This document shows positions 1 to 10,699 of a stretch of DNA of 64,000 nt, piece after piece. The notes beneath the pieces are model-generated. The model was not told the DNA's origin, made no database searches, and saw only the letters and a program-made list of their open reading frames with translations. The position numbers were made by a program, and so were the translations under genes. This DNA is from Schmidtea polychroa. Its lineage: Eukaryota. The stretch spans positions 36,704,001 through 36,768,000 of the forward strand of contig CM097888.1 in NCBI GenBank assembly GCA_044892525.1, given 5' to 3'. Positions within the stretch are counted from its first letter, which is position 1. Every line of letters starts with the position of its first letter.

Positions 1-250
1 TCTCACTGCATAGATCTCTTCTGCAACTATACGAGATTCGTGTAACTTCTTGATTTTTTTCTTCACTTCTGTTGCTCGTTTGGTGAAACTTAGACACAAT
101 TCTCGTTTTAATGTCTTCTCGGCTACACAGTGTACCAGCAGATATTCTGTAAAACTTTCTTTGTTTAACTCATGCCCCAATATTTTACCGACTAACTCGT
201 CTATGATAGTAAAATATTTTCGGGCTTCTCACTAGTCTGTCTGTAAGACA
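1..250 (-). pseudogene. Gypsy-type gag fragment
   Basis: Minus-strand reading IDELVGKILGHELNKESFTEYLLVHCVAEKTLKREL...EVKKKIKKL aligns by eye with the gag segment at 48400-48600 (EKLTKRLLRHEWNEEEIKKCLLMNGAREKKVKKEI...EEIKSTIRKV); stops/frameshift nearby. Confidence 0.5.
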
Positions 251-358
251 TAGCAGATTGGATACTGATTTTAAGGAATTGGAGGTTCATTTTAATAGTG
301 AATACTACGCCCACCTTGAGGGAAAAACCCGGAAATTGAGAAGGAAAAGTTCAATATG

Positions 359-1388
359 AGTAGGTAGTTAGTAGCTCCCTGCAGCAAGCACCCCTTTTTT
401 TGATTACGCAATTGCTGCAGGGAACTACACATATTTTTTTCAATACAAATAGATAGGCCCTATAGAAAAAAGGCTAAGATTTCTCAGACTAGTTAGGGGG
501 TCTCCTTGGTCCTGGGATTTGCAATACAAAATCCAATTATCACTAAAAAAACATGTAATTTAAAGTCTCAGGATATTTTCAATTTAAAAAGGTGGTCTAC
601 ACACTAAAAAAGCCAAGGATAAGATAGTATTATTTGGGTGGGTCCTGGGATTTTAAATACAAATTTCAATTATCAATAAAAAAGTTATAGTAATTTAAGT
701 TCTCAGGATATTGTCAATACAAATATCAGTCTATATTAAAAAAGCGTGAAATTTTCCAAGTAAATTAAGGTGGGTCTCCTTGGTTCTGGGATTTTCAATA
801 CAAAAAGGGGGTCTTCACTAAAAAAGCATGGTAAATTTTTGAATTAAAGTAAATTATGGTCTAAAAATTGAATTACATTAAATTATGGGCTCAGATTTTT
901 GAATTAAAGTAATCAATGGGTTCAAATAAGTAAATTAAGGTTCAAACTTTAAAATTAAAGTAAATTAAGAGTCTAAAAATTGAATTAAAGTAAATTATGG
1001 CTAAGTTAATTAAGATAAATAGGTAAATTAATGGCTAGATTTTAAAATTAAGTAATCAATGGTCTAAAATTTTAAAGTTAAAGTAATATTTTTAAATTAA
1101 GTAAATTAAAGTAATAATTTTTAAATAATTAAATTAAAGTAATGTAAGATTTTAAATTTATTAACAAAAAGTTTGAATAACCAACAGCTTCTGAGAAATA
1201 AAATTTTTTAACATAAATTTTAATGAAATGTTTTTCAATGTTAATTTTTAATGAAAATTTTTGTGGGTTATTTTTTTTAAGTCAATTTTTAAAGTCAAAT
1301 TTAAATGAAATATTTTTAAGATAATTTTTAGGTCAATTTTTGTTGAAATAATTTTCAAAGACAAATTTAGATACAAATTTGAATGATG

Positions 1389-1465
<77 letters not shown>

Positions 1466-1550
1466 TCAACCAAATACTATACAACACATAAAAATTAACT
1501 AGACACATAAAAATTAACTAGAACAAAAGTAAGGATATAAAATTTATTCA
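359..1550 (+). repeat. Polinton left terminal inverted repeat with internal sub-repeats and an (AAT)n tract
   Basis: Reverse-complement match to 7112-7861 from the terminus to the inner block caaccaaatactatacaacacataaaaattaactagacac; the ggtcctgggattt..caatacaaaa motif recurs three times; (AAT)n at about 1389-1460. Confidence 0.85.
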
Positions 1551-1578
1551 TCGAGTATTTGCTTATAATAAGCTCTTT

Positions 1579-1929
1579 TTAATTCAGCCAGTAAAATACG
1601 AATAATTTCATTCTTCTTATATTCTTGGCAGCATCTAGACTATACCTAAACGGACATGGTAATTTCATTGGATCCATACACACTTCACAATCTTCTAGGC
1701 ATTTAAATCTTGATTCTTGGACAGAATCGTAATGCATTCGTATAATTTCTGATATATTGATCCCCGTTAATTGCTTGATTCTATAAGCTAATAATTCTGG
1801 AGCGCAATTCGAAAGTCTATTCTTTATATTCGAGAACAATTCTTCCATCTTTGTTAATATTGTTTGAAATATATACGCTTGCTTATCGTCATCCATTTTT
1901 TTTGAATTTATGTTTTTGTAGATATTCAT
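1579..1929 (-). CDS. Polinton accessory hypothetical protein with Cys cluster (116 aa)
   Basis: Intact ATG-initiated ORF just inside the left TIR; C-x3-C-x2-C-x7-C cluster CLEDCEVCMDPMKLPCPF. Confidence 0.55.
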   Translation of the reverse strand: MNIYKNINSKKMDDDKQAYIFQTILTKMEELFSNIKNRLSNCAPELLAYRIKQLTGINISEIIRMHYDSVQESRFKCLEDCEVCMDPMKLPCPFRYSLDAAKNIRRMKLFVFYWLN

Positions 1930-1953
1930 TTAATTTTAACACAATTAATTAAA

Positions 1954-2431
1954 TTAATTTAATAAATATTCCAATATTTCTTCATTTGTTGTTATATTTA
2001 TAATTAATGATTTAATGAAATTCTGAATTTCTTGAATTTGATTAAAATAATCAAATGTTTTAATGCCTAATATAACTACTTTGCCACTTGAAAAAACATT
2101 TACACATAGAGTTATACTTGAGAATACATAAAGCCGGAAATATTTCAGGTTCGTAGTAACTATCGGTTTTCATTGACAATGCATTTAAATCAATGCATTT
2201 ACTGATATCTAACGTTAATGTAATTGATTGTATTTGGAAATCTTGAATCTGATGTTTGAGATAACCTTCTTGTAAAGGTTTCTTATGTCCCATTATCCTG
2301 CATTTCCCGCTCTTGAAGAACAAAATTGGATATTTTCCGCTTCTGTCCACAACATGTTGAGGTTTTCCTGATGGGAACTTCATTCCATTTACTAAGCATC
2401 TTCCTCTATAATTAATGTTGCTTATTGACAA
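1954..2431 (-). pseudogene. TATA-binding protein (TBP)-like gene inside the Polinton, one 2-nt frameshift
   Basis: Repeat 1: ISNINY...ILFFKSGKCRIMG. Repeat 2: FQIQSITLTLD...IDLNAL...YEPEIFPAL. After restoring 2 nt near 2101-2106 it reads VNVFSSGKVVILGIK. These match TBP motifs LIFSSGKMVCTG, FKIQNMV, YEPELFPGL and LIFVSGKVVLTGAK. Confidence 0.8.
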
Positions 2432-2552
2432 GGACTATCTTATAGTCGAAAATATTTTCATTAAATACATTATTTGCAGCAAAAAGCTTAAATTATCACT
2501 TTATTGGTTTATTCTAATTATAGACAAATTAAATTAAAATAATTTAATTAAA

Positions 2553-3176
2553 ATGGATTTAACAAATGACGCAGTATATCAAATTGTAGGACCTAGTGGA
2601 AGTGGGAAAACTTTATTTGTATGTAATTTATTACAATCAAACAAGTTTAAATCAAAATTTAATAAAATATATTGGCATCGAGGGGCAGATGAAGAGCACG
2701 GATTGACTCAAAACAGTTTCTGTAAATTAAAAATGACAATAATTAAAGGATTTGATAAAAATTGATCATCTAGATTACGCCAAGGTAATGTTGTTATTAT
2801 CGATGATCTATACCAGGAAGCAAATAAAGAAAAAGATTTTAATAATTTATTTCCAAAAATCAGTAGACATTATGGAGTTACGGTTACTTTCATAACACAA
2901 AATCTTTTTCATCAAGATGGAAGTCATAGAACTCGTAATTTAAATGTCCAATATTTGATTATTTTCAAAAATCCAAGAGATCAAACAATAATTGATTTTC
3001 TTGCAAGACAGGCTTATCTGAATAATAGAAAATTTTTAATAGAATCATTCCAAGATGCAACAAAAATTCCTCATGGATATTTATTTTTTGATTTTACACA
3101 ACAATGTCCAGATGATATGCGTATTAGAACAAATATTTTTAATATAAACGGTGTTACGATTTATAAACAAAACTGA
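2553..3176 (+). pseudogene. Polinton A32/FtsK-like packaging ATPase with one in-frame stop
   Basis: Walker A GPSGSGKT, Walker B VVIIDDL, ISRHYGVTVTFITQNLF, IIFKNPRD; ORFs 2553-2765 and 2955-3176 share a frame, separated only by TGA at 2763-2765. Confidence 0.9.
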
Positions 3177-3199
3177 AAACAATTTAAATTTAATTAATC

Positions 3200-3372
3200 A
3201 TGTCATTTAAAAATATAGTTGTTAAAAATCTTCCAATTGTCTCGAAAAAAGTTAACAAGAAAACAAAACGTACTAAGAAAATTAAGAAAAGTACAAAAAA
3301 TAAGAAATAAATCAAGAAGTGGATCAAATTATAAACAATCCGTTGCATTAATTAATAGTAGTAATGAAATTT
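3200..3372 (+). pseudogene. small Lys/Arg-rich ORF, frameshifted (possible core-like basic peptide)
   Basis: ATG at 3200, MSFKNIVVKNLPIVSKKVNKKTKRTKKIKK; tightly packed between the ATPase and the next ORF. Confidence 0.35.
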
Positions 3373-3681
3373 GAACGAAGTTTACCATATTTTAAAGCTT
3401 TAATAAAGGCACCAAATTCAAAACGAATATCGATTTTACATTCTTTTCCATCATTTTTTATTGATGATTTGCTTGAAGTTATTATAAATGTTGTTCGTGG
3501 TAATGTAAATATAACTAAAGCTAAAAGATTAGTATTGCAAAGACATAAAAGATCACTTTTATCTCTAGTTGATACAAAAAATCGTCGTCTAACGAGAAAG
3601 ATAATATATAAACAAAAAGGAGGGTTCTTGGGTGCATTAATTCCTATAGTCTTATTTGCAATTAGTGTAATCTCATCATAA
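3364..3681 (+). CDS. conserved Polinton basic protein ending in QxGG-FL hydrophobic tail
   Basis: ..IINVVRGNVNIT..RHKRSL..KQKGGFLGALIPI pattern of the small ORF usually found next to Polinton integrase; homolog split at 30108-30255 / 37791-37880. Confidence 0.7.
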   Translation: MKFERSLPYFKALIKAPNSKRISILHSFPSFFIDDLLEVIINVVRGNVNITKAKRLVLQRHKRSLLSLVDTKNRRLTRKIIYKQKGGFLGALIPIVLFAISVISS

Positions 3682-3686
3682 CTGGA

Positions 3687-3834
3687 ATAACTGGAACATT
3701 CTGTCAGTAATTATATTCAAATAACTGGAACATTCAACCAGTAATTATATTCAAATAACTGGAATATTTAATCAGTAATCATATCCAAATAACCGAAAAA
3801 ACTAATCAGTAATTATATCCAAACTAACCAGAAT
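3687..3834. repeat. 34-bp tandem repeat, four units plus a partial
   Basis: Units such as ataactggaacattcaaccagtaattatattcaa starting at 3687, 3721, 3755 and 3789. Confidence 0.85.
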
Positions 3835-4203
3835 AAATTTCGTGTCGGAGAAAAGAAATAATAAGAAGGTCGCTTAATTAATTAATTTTATATTTAATAA
3901 AAGTTGTAGTTACATTGTTTCGTTGTAATTTTATATTATCATCGTTATCACCTCTAATTTTCTGTAACTTACATACATTCACCCCAGCTGTCCCGAGACA
4001 GTTAATTTACTGGTGACTCAGCTGGGCTCTTACAATTTCTTTTGCATACACAGTCAGACATTAAACACATAAATAACAGGAACCCCCCAACAGTCTTATC
4101 TGCAATTAGTGCAATCTCATCATTAAGTTCTTAATGGGTATCAAGAGTTCATTACCAAATAAAAATATTGTAGATTTTAATATTTTTACAACGTATTGTA
4201 ATA

Positions 4204-5270
4204 ATGAAGGAAACGTATCACAAAACAAAAATGAAAAAGGTGAAAAGGGTGAAAACAAACGAGAAAATAATAGAGAAAAAGTTCAAAACAATATGGACAA
4301 ACCCAAAAGATCCAGATGGTTTTGGTGGTGTAGAAAAATTAACAAAACGAGTAAATAATTCAAAGAAAAAAACTCAGAAATGGTTATCTAATCAATTAGC
4401 ATATAGTTTAAATATACCTATGTTGAAACGATTTCCAACAAGACCCTACAAAACAATTGGAATCAATGATTTATGGCAAATTGATTTGATGAAAATGATA
4501 CCTTATTCAAAAATCAACAAAGGGTATAAATATATTCTGACTTGTAGTGATGTTTTTAATAGATATGCTAGTGCTATTCCTACAAAAACTAAATCTGCAA
4601 ATGAAATGGCTGATGCAATAAAAGAAATGTTCGCAGAAGATAAACCTATTAATTTACAAACCGATTTGGGTAATTAAATTTAATTAATTAATTTTTAAAT
4701 ATTTGATTTTTATAACAGCAAAGTTAAAGAGCTTATCAAAGGAATAAACCACTACTCTGTATTTTCTCAGTTCAAATCTGCACATGTAGAACGATTTAAT
4801 CGAACTTTAAGAGAAAGATTGAAAAAATATTTTGTATATCAAGGTAATAAAACTTGGATAAATGTTTTGCCAAAAATTATTTTCAGTTAAAATCATTCAC
4901 CACATAGAGGATTAAAAGAACAAAGACCTGTTGATTTTACTAAAAAAACAAACAAAGGTAGAAAAAATCAATAAACCAAAATACAAAGTTGGTGATCATG
5001 TAAGAATTAGTAAAATCAATTCTTCACCATTCATCAAAAACTTTGATAATAATTGGAGTGATGAAGTATATCAAATTTTGAAAATCGATACAAAACAGAA
5101 TTCTGTCAAGTATGTGATATTTTATCATGAAAACAAAGCAATCACTGGCAAATTCTACGAACAAGAATTCCAAATTATTCCTGCTCCTACAATATTTAGA
5201 GTTCAAAATATTTTAAAAACCAAAAAAGATGGTAAATATAAACAATACTATGTTAAATGGCATGGATCAA
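4204..5270 (+). pseudogene. Polinton retroviral-type integrase with truncated chromodomain
   Basis: WQIDL (D1), LQTDLG (D2), VERFNRTL (E), KYKVGDHVRISK, C-terminal YYVKWHG; in-frame stops, an AT-rich insert and a frameshift near 4935. Confidence 0.92.
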
Positions 5271-7112
5271 TTTGCGAGTGATTATTTAGCTAAAGCAGTC
5301 AAAACTTTGAATACTTTACCTTTAACCAATTCTGTTTTTACTGGTACTTTTGTTTCTGAAAAAGGAATCTTTCCTTACAATTTTGCTACTTCGTTAGATA
5401 TTCTTCACACTACTTATGAGTTACGATCAATCTGGGAAGGTGTCACTGAACTCGAGTATGAAAAAGCTCAGGAGATTTGGGTTGAAACTAACTGCGTAAC
5501 TTTATTAGACTATATGATGATATACTTAAAACTTGATTGTTTTCTTTTGGCTGATTTCTTCCAACAATTTCTTTTGAAATTTATTGCTCACAATAGGTTA
5601 GAACCATTGAATTATTTTGGAATTCCTGGTATGTCGTGGTTTTCTTCTTTAATGTCATTAGATGAACCGATTGAATTTATAACTGAAAACGAAATGTTTA
5701 GCTTTTATGAGAGTGGAATAAGAGGAGGTCTTACTTTTGTAAATAAACATTATGTAAAAACTGATGAAAAAACTGAGCTGCTTTATATTGATATTAATAA
5801 TCTTTACGGTTGGGCTTTAAGTCAACCATTACCTTGTGGCGAATTTTGTTGGGTTCTTGATGGATTTGATTTAATATTGGATGAATGTATGAATTTAAAT
5901 CTTGAATCTTTGTCTTATGGATACACACTTGAAGTTGATCTTGTAATTCCTTCTGAGCTTCATGATAAGTTGGATGATTTCCCTGCTGCTGCCGAAAAAA
6001 TGAAACCTGTTGCGTCAAAGGTTGAAAAATTGTTATTAACACATCTTCCAAAATTATGTGATTCATTGAAGATTATTAAAATTATACTTGGCTCTTGGTG
6101 TTAAAGTTACACGCGTAAATAGGGCTGTAAGGTTTAAGCAATCACCTATTTTTAAAAAATACATTCACACCAATACTGAATTAAGAGCTAAAAGTAAAAT
6201 TAATTTTGGAAAAAATATTATAAATTGTTAAATAACAGTTTGTGTGGTAAAACTGTTGAAAATCTAAAGAGAAGAATGAATCTGCGTCTTTGCACAACAG
6301 ATAGTAAATTAGTCAATTATACTTCAAAACCTTCGTTTAAAAAATAAATTAAAATCGATGATGATTTAATAGGTGCATTGTTAAATCCTGATTCTATATG
6401 TTTAGATAGACCAAGTTATATTGGACAATTTGTACTTGATCTATCTAAACTTAGAATGCATCAGCTGCAGCATGAAGAGTTACAAAAATATCGTAACGAA
6501 TTCAACCGTGAAATTAATATTGTTGCTGGAGACACTGATTCCTTCTTGGAAATTAAAAATCTTTCTCTCGACATTCTTTTACCTGCGATGATTAGGGATA
6601 ATTTATTAGATACTTTTAATTATGATACTTGTCATTCCTTATAGAGTGAGAACCTTGATTCTGTCATTGGAAAGTTCAAAGACGAGAATAAAGGTCTTAA
6701 ATATAAGGAATGGGGTTTTCTTAGGTCTAAAATGTTATAGCTTGTTAGGTGATGATGAAACAAAAAAGGCTAAAGGAGTAACACTGAAAAGTAGTGACAT
6801 AAAACATCAGTCATACCTGGATTCTTATAACACTAAACAAATTTTTGTAATACCGCAAACAAAAATAACAAGTAAAAATCATCAAATTTATACGATAAAA
6901 AGTACTAAAATAGCACTTACAAATGCAGATGACAAAAGGGTTTGGGTGGGGAAAATGTTAGTTTTGCATATGGGAATGTAAGATTAAGCCAATTAAATGA
7001 TGGAGAAACCTATGGAGAAATAAAAATTGATAAAGAAATTGATGGAGAAACCAATGAACTTATTGACATTGATGATGTGTTGTTAACAGATGACGATGAA
7101 CTTATTGAATAA
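5265..7112 (+). pseudogene. protein-primed DNA polymerase B, N-terminally deleted and frameshifted
   Basis: EKGIFPY, YLKLDCFLLAD, GIRGG, LLYIDINNLYGWALSQPLP, YKLLNNSLCGKT, AGDTDS, KKAKGV, DDKR, acidic tail ending at TAA 7110-7112. Confidence 0.93.
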
Positions 7113-7861
7113 ATTTTATATCTTTACTTTTGTTCTTTATTAATTTAGTTATTTTTTATGTGTCTAGTTAATTTTTATGTGTTGTATAGTATTTGGTTGA
7201 AATAATATTATTATAATTATTATTATTATTAATATTATTAAAAATTAACTTAAAAAATAATCCATAAAAAATTTCATTAAAAATTTTAATTCTCAAACAC
7301 CGACTATTAATCCAATTTTTTGTTAATAAATTTAAAAATCATTAATTTAAATTATTACATTACTTTATTTTAAAAATTATTACTTTAATTTACTTATTTA
7401 ACTTTAATTTAAAATTTTTGATCATTGATTACTTTAATTTTTAATTTTAAACCTTAATTTACTTAATTAACCCATAATTTCCTTTAATTTAAAATTTTTG
7501 ATCATTATTTACTGTAATTCAATTTTTAGACACATAATATACTTAATTCAAAAATTTACCACGCTTTTTTATAGTAGACCATCATTTTCTATTGAAAATA
7601 ATCTGAGACCTTAAATTACCATGCTTTTTTATTGATAATTGGATTTTGTATTGAAAATCCCAGGATCAAGGAGACCCCCTCACTATAGTCTGAAAAATCC
7701 TGGTCTTTTTTCTATAGGGCCTATCTAAATGTATTGAAAAAAATATGTGTGGCTCTATGCAGCAATTACGTAATTAAAAAGCAGAAAAAAATAATTACTG
7801 CAGCAGGACCCTCCTCCCCCTGGGGCTGGTGCTTGCTGCAGGGAGCCACTAACTACCTACT
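7112..7861 (-). repeat. Polinton right terminal inverted repeat
   Basis: Inverted copy of the left TIR, shorter (fewer sub-repeats, short AAT tract). Confidence 0.85.
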
Positions 7862-8061
7862 AATATGTAACTTGTAAACTTGCATGATAATAAACTAATC
7901 CACACTAGTGCCCTGTCAATGGTTGCGATTCAGGGCTGTGGCCTTTTAGAACTTCTACATCATCCCTACAGCTCTGCCTTAACTTTTTCCGATTTACATT
8001 TATTCAAACTATTTTTACTGCGATTTCAACTTAGTTTAATTGCTAATTGTTTCTAAAATAG

Positions 8062-8345
8062 GAAATATATATAACGGCGAAATATTTCTGTGGAGGTGCT
8101 CTAAATTTGCTGAACGATTTTCCCATACTTGAAAACGTTATGAGTTCTAGTGTCTTTATTGCCTTTTATGAAAACAATTTGAATGATATAAATGAAAGTA
8201 TATTAATTTTCTTTTTTATATTTTTCACAATAAAATTATTTTAGGAGTTAACCATTTGGATGAATCTGTTATATTAAAGATCCAAGACCTTGAAAATACA
8301 ATATTAGGAGAGTTGGACAGCGTATATCAAGCAATTACTGAGTAA
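8062..8345 (+). CDS. last two exons of an unidentified spliced gene (paralog of 17030-17310)
   Basis: EIYITAKYFCGGALNLLNDFP..FIAFYENNLNDINE / 47-nt GT-AG intron 8198-8244 / GVNHLDESVI..YQAITE*. Confidence 0.55.
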
Positions 8346-9339
8346 CTATAGTAAATTTTCAAAGAACGCTTCATACATTAAAATAATAACTTTAAACCAT
8401 ATATTTTCATTTGTGCACTTATGTAATATTTGTATAACATCCATTTTTAGGGGTTTGTATGTTCATCAATATTTTCTATAATTTTATTTTTGATTTTAAT
8501 ATTATCAATGACTGTAGTATTTGTTGCAATCAAATGTATAATAATATTCATGATACTTGGTATAATAAGAAAAACTGACCAAAGAAAACCTAAATACGTA
8601 GATTAATAAATGATTGAAAAGTAAAAAATGCATCAGTGACATAATAAGGCACACTATAGTGCTTGTGACTTCCACATTAATAAAAATATCAATTTAATAA
8701 TTAAAATGAAAATATATTATTAAATTAATTAAAATTAAATTAATTGTAACTAAATCAAATTAAAATCTTTGTTTAAATAATCTTTTCTTTTCAAAAAAAA
8801 CGGTAAAAACAATTCATGAATCATTCGACATCTTAAAAGTTAAATCTCATCAGAACCAATAAAGAAAATATGCCAATCATTCAAGAAGCTGAAGCCTTTG
8901 TTTTCTTAGCTGTGATCTCCCTGTTGATGAGTTTGATCATCAACACATTCTATTCAACCCAAGAGATTTACCTTAGAATATTAATACTTAATTCTAGCGA
9001 TTCTCCTGATAAAGTTCGTTGTGAGAACCGGACTGACCCATCCGTCTTCTGTCAAAAGGAATTAATTAACAAAGTTATTCAAGATTCAAATACATTCATA
9101 TCGTACGATACTGTAGTCTACATGCCCAAATGCAAGATCATCAACAATCTCAGTACAATCGCTAAATCAAGTCTCCGTGCTCTCGTTTGAATATTGACTA
9201 CTGGAGCAAATTTTTCCATGATTTCTTTCAATGTCCTTTACAATAAAATCTTTATTTAAATTAGTTTTATGTCTCTACACATACTATCAAACTTTCTCAT
9301 CATTCCTAAACTTGTAGTGCATTAATCTGGATTATCTTA

Positions 9340-9875
9340 TGTACTACTATTATGATGCTATGATGTAATTGTATTATGATATTTGACCCTTTACATCCAA
9401 TAAACTTTGAACATTTAGGGCACTACTAGCTTTCAGCTCCCTATTAACCAGCAAATCTTTTATTAACCATAAGGAATTTATATAAATTCATATAAATTCC
9501 TTGTGATTTATATAAGATTTGAATTTTTAATTAAAAAAAATTGAACATTGTAACAATTAATTAATGATAATATTAATAATTATAATATACCATTGCGACA
9601 TGTGGAGTGTGAGCAGTACCCTTGTAAGGAATACCTTTAGGAGGACAAAATATCTTGTATGATAATCTGTATTTTAATTAATTTTTAAATATTGATTAAT
9701 TGAGGAGGGGCTGAAACGTAAATAAGGGGTTGGAAGCTTGTAGTACCACATTTAGTACAAACTGCTTCTTAGTGGTTATGTATTTTGCTTATTATTATTC
9801 GAATAACGAATACTTAAAATATACCAAAATTAATCGGATATTCGAATACTCGATTATTCGGATTTGAAAACTCTA
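9340..9875 (-). mobile_element. 5' end fragment of a BED-finger hAT element
   Basis: Terminus TAGAGTTTTC with TATTCGAAT subterminal repeats; CPKCSKFIGCKGS BED segment; inverted homology to 14850-15245. Confidence 0.5.
9419..9747. mobile_element. MITE (329 bp) with 8-bp TSD
   Basis: Imperfect ~27-bp TIR GG(C/T)ACTAC..CCCTATT; perfect TSD ACATTTAG at 9411-9418 and 9748-9755. Confidence 0.8.
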
Positions 9876-9886
9876 CTCCATACTTG

Positions 9887-10645
9887 TGTTGTGGTTCAAC
9901 AAGAGAGGCACAAAAATGAGGTGAAAATCGATAAAAACACCAAATTCAAAAAAAAATTTAAAGTACAAAATATTAATTAAAAATCAAAATTTTAAAAAAT
10001 GAATATTTTCTGGGGGAAACTGGTATGGGCGGATGCTAAATAATGAGACGAGTTCAGCTATAATAAAATAAAATCAATGGGGGGTCCCTAAAAAGAATAA
10101 ATTACAAAAAACAAAAATTAATTAAAAATTAATTAACTAATGGAAAACCCTAGCTAATGGGAAACCCGAGACAAAGGAAAACCCGAGCGATTTGAGAAAT
10201 CCAATTTTGGGAAGGCAATTAATTTAGCCGGATAAAATAAAAGTGACTAGAGCCGTCAAAGAAAATGAGCTAATTCCCTCAAATTGAATTAGACCTCCAA
10301 GAGGAAGCCCGAGGGGAAGTAAGACCAAAACTAATTGGCAAAAATAAAGTCAATTACCAAGTGGGTATAAAAGCAACTGGCAAGAAAACAAAACTGCCAA
10401 TTGGTCGAAGAAAAGAAAGTCGAAGTTTAACGAGAGCGAAAAAGGAAATATTAAAGTTGAGATTTGTTGGCAAATTGAAAAGTGCAGACAAAACCTTATT
10501 GTATCAAGTGTGAGTAAACTAATAAAAAGTGTAAAAGTGTAACTGCATCAGTGTTAATAAAGATTTTGTGTTGGGTCGTTTATTTATTTTGAAAAGAACA
10601 CAAAGGAGTCAGCCCGTAGTACCGACTTATATTAAAAACCCAACA
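9887..10645 (+). mobile_element. solo LTR, Gypsy type (759 bp)
   Basis: TGTTGTGG...CCCAACA, 4-bp TSD CTTG on both sides, internal TATAAAA and AATAAA; homologous to 23033-23849. Confidence 0.9.
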
Positions 10646-10699
10646 CTTGCCAATAACAATTCTGAGGTTATCACCAAAAATGTCAAAATAGGAATGTAA

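Larger units (their letters stand above)
359..7861. mobile_element. Polinton/Maverick element, internally deleted (7.5 kb)
   Basis: Termini AGTAGGTAGTTAGT...ACTAACTACCTACT; perfect 6-bp TSD AATATG (353-358 and 7862-7867); long TIRs; encodes packaging ATPase, retroviral-type integrase and protein-primed PolB. Confidence 0.95.

Noticed and set aside
1954-2431. TBP-like ORF as an ordinary host TBP locus
   Set aside because: It lies inside the Polinton TIRs, is intronless, is strongly diverged and is packed like the other element genes
3687-3834. CRISPR-like reading of the 34-bp hairpin repeats (and of 39960-40400)
   Set aside because: Units are contiguous or have related spacers, there are no cas genes, and the context is eukaryotic
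8870-9190. 106-aa ORF
   Set aside because: No recognisable motif on either strand; cannot assign
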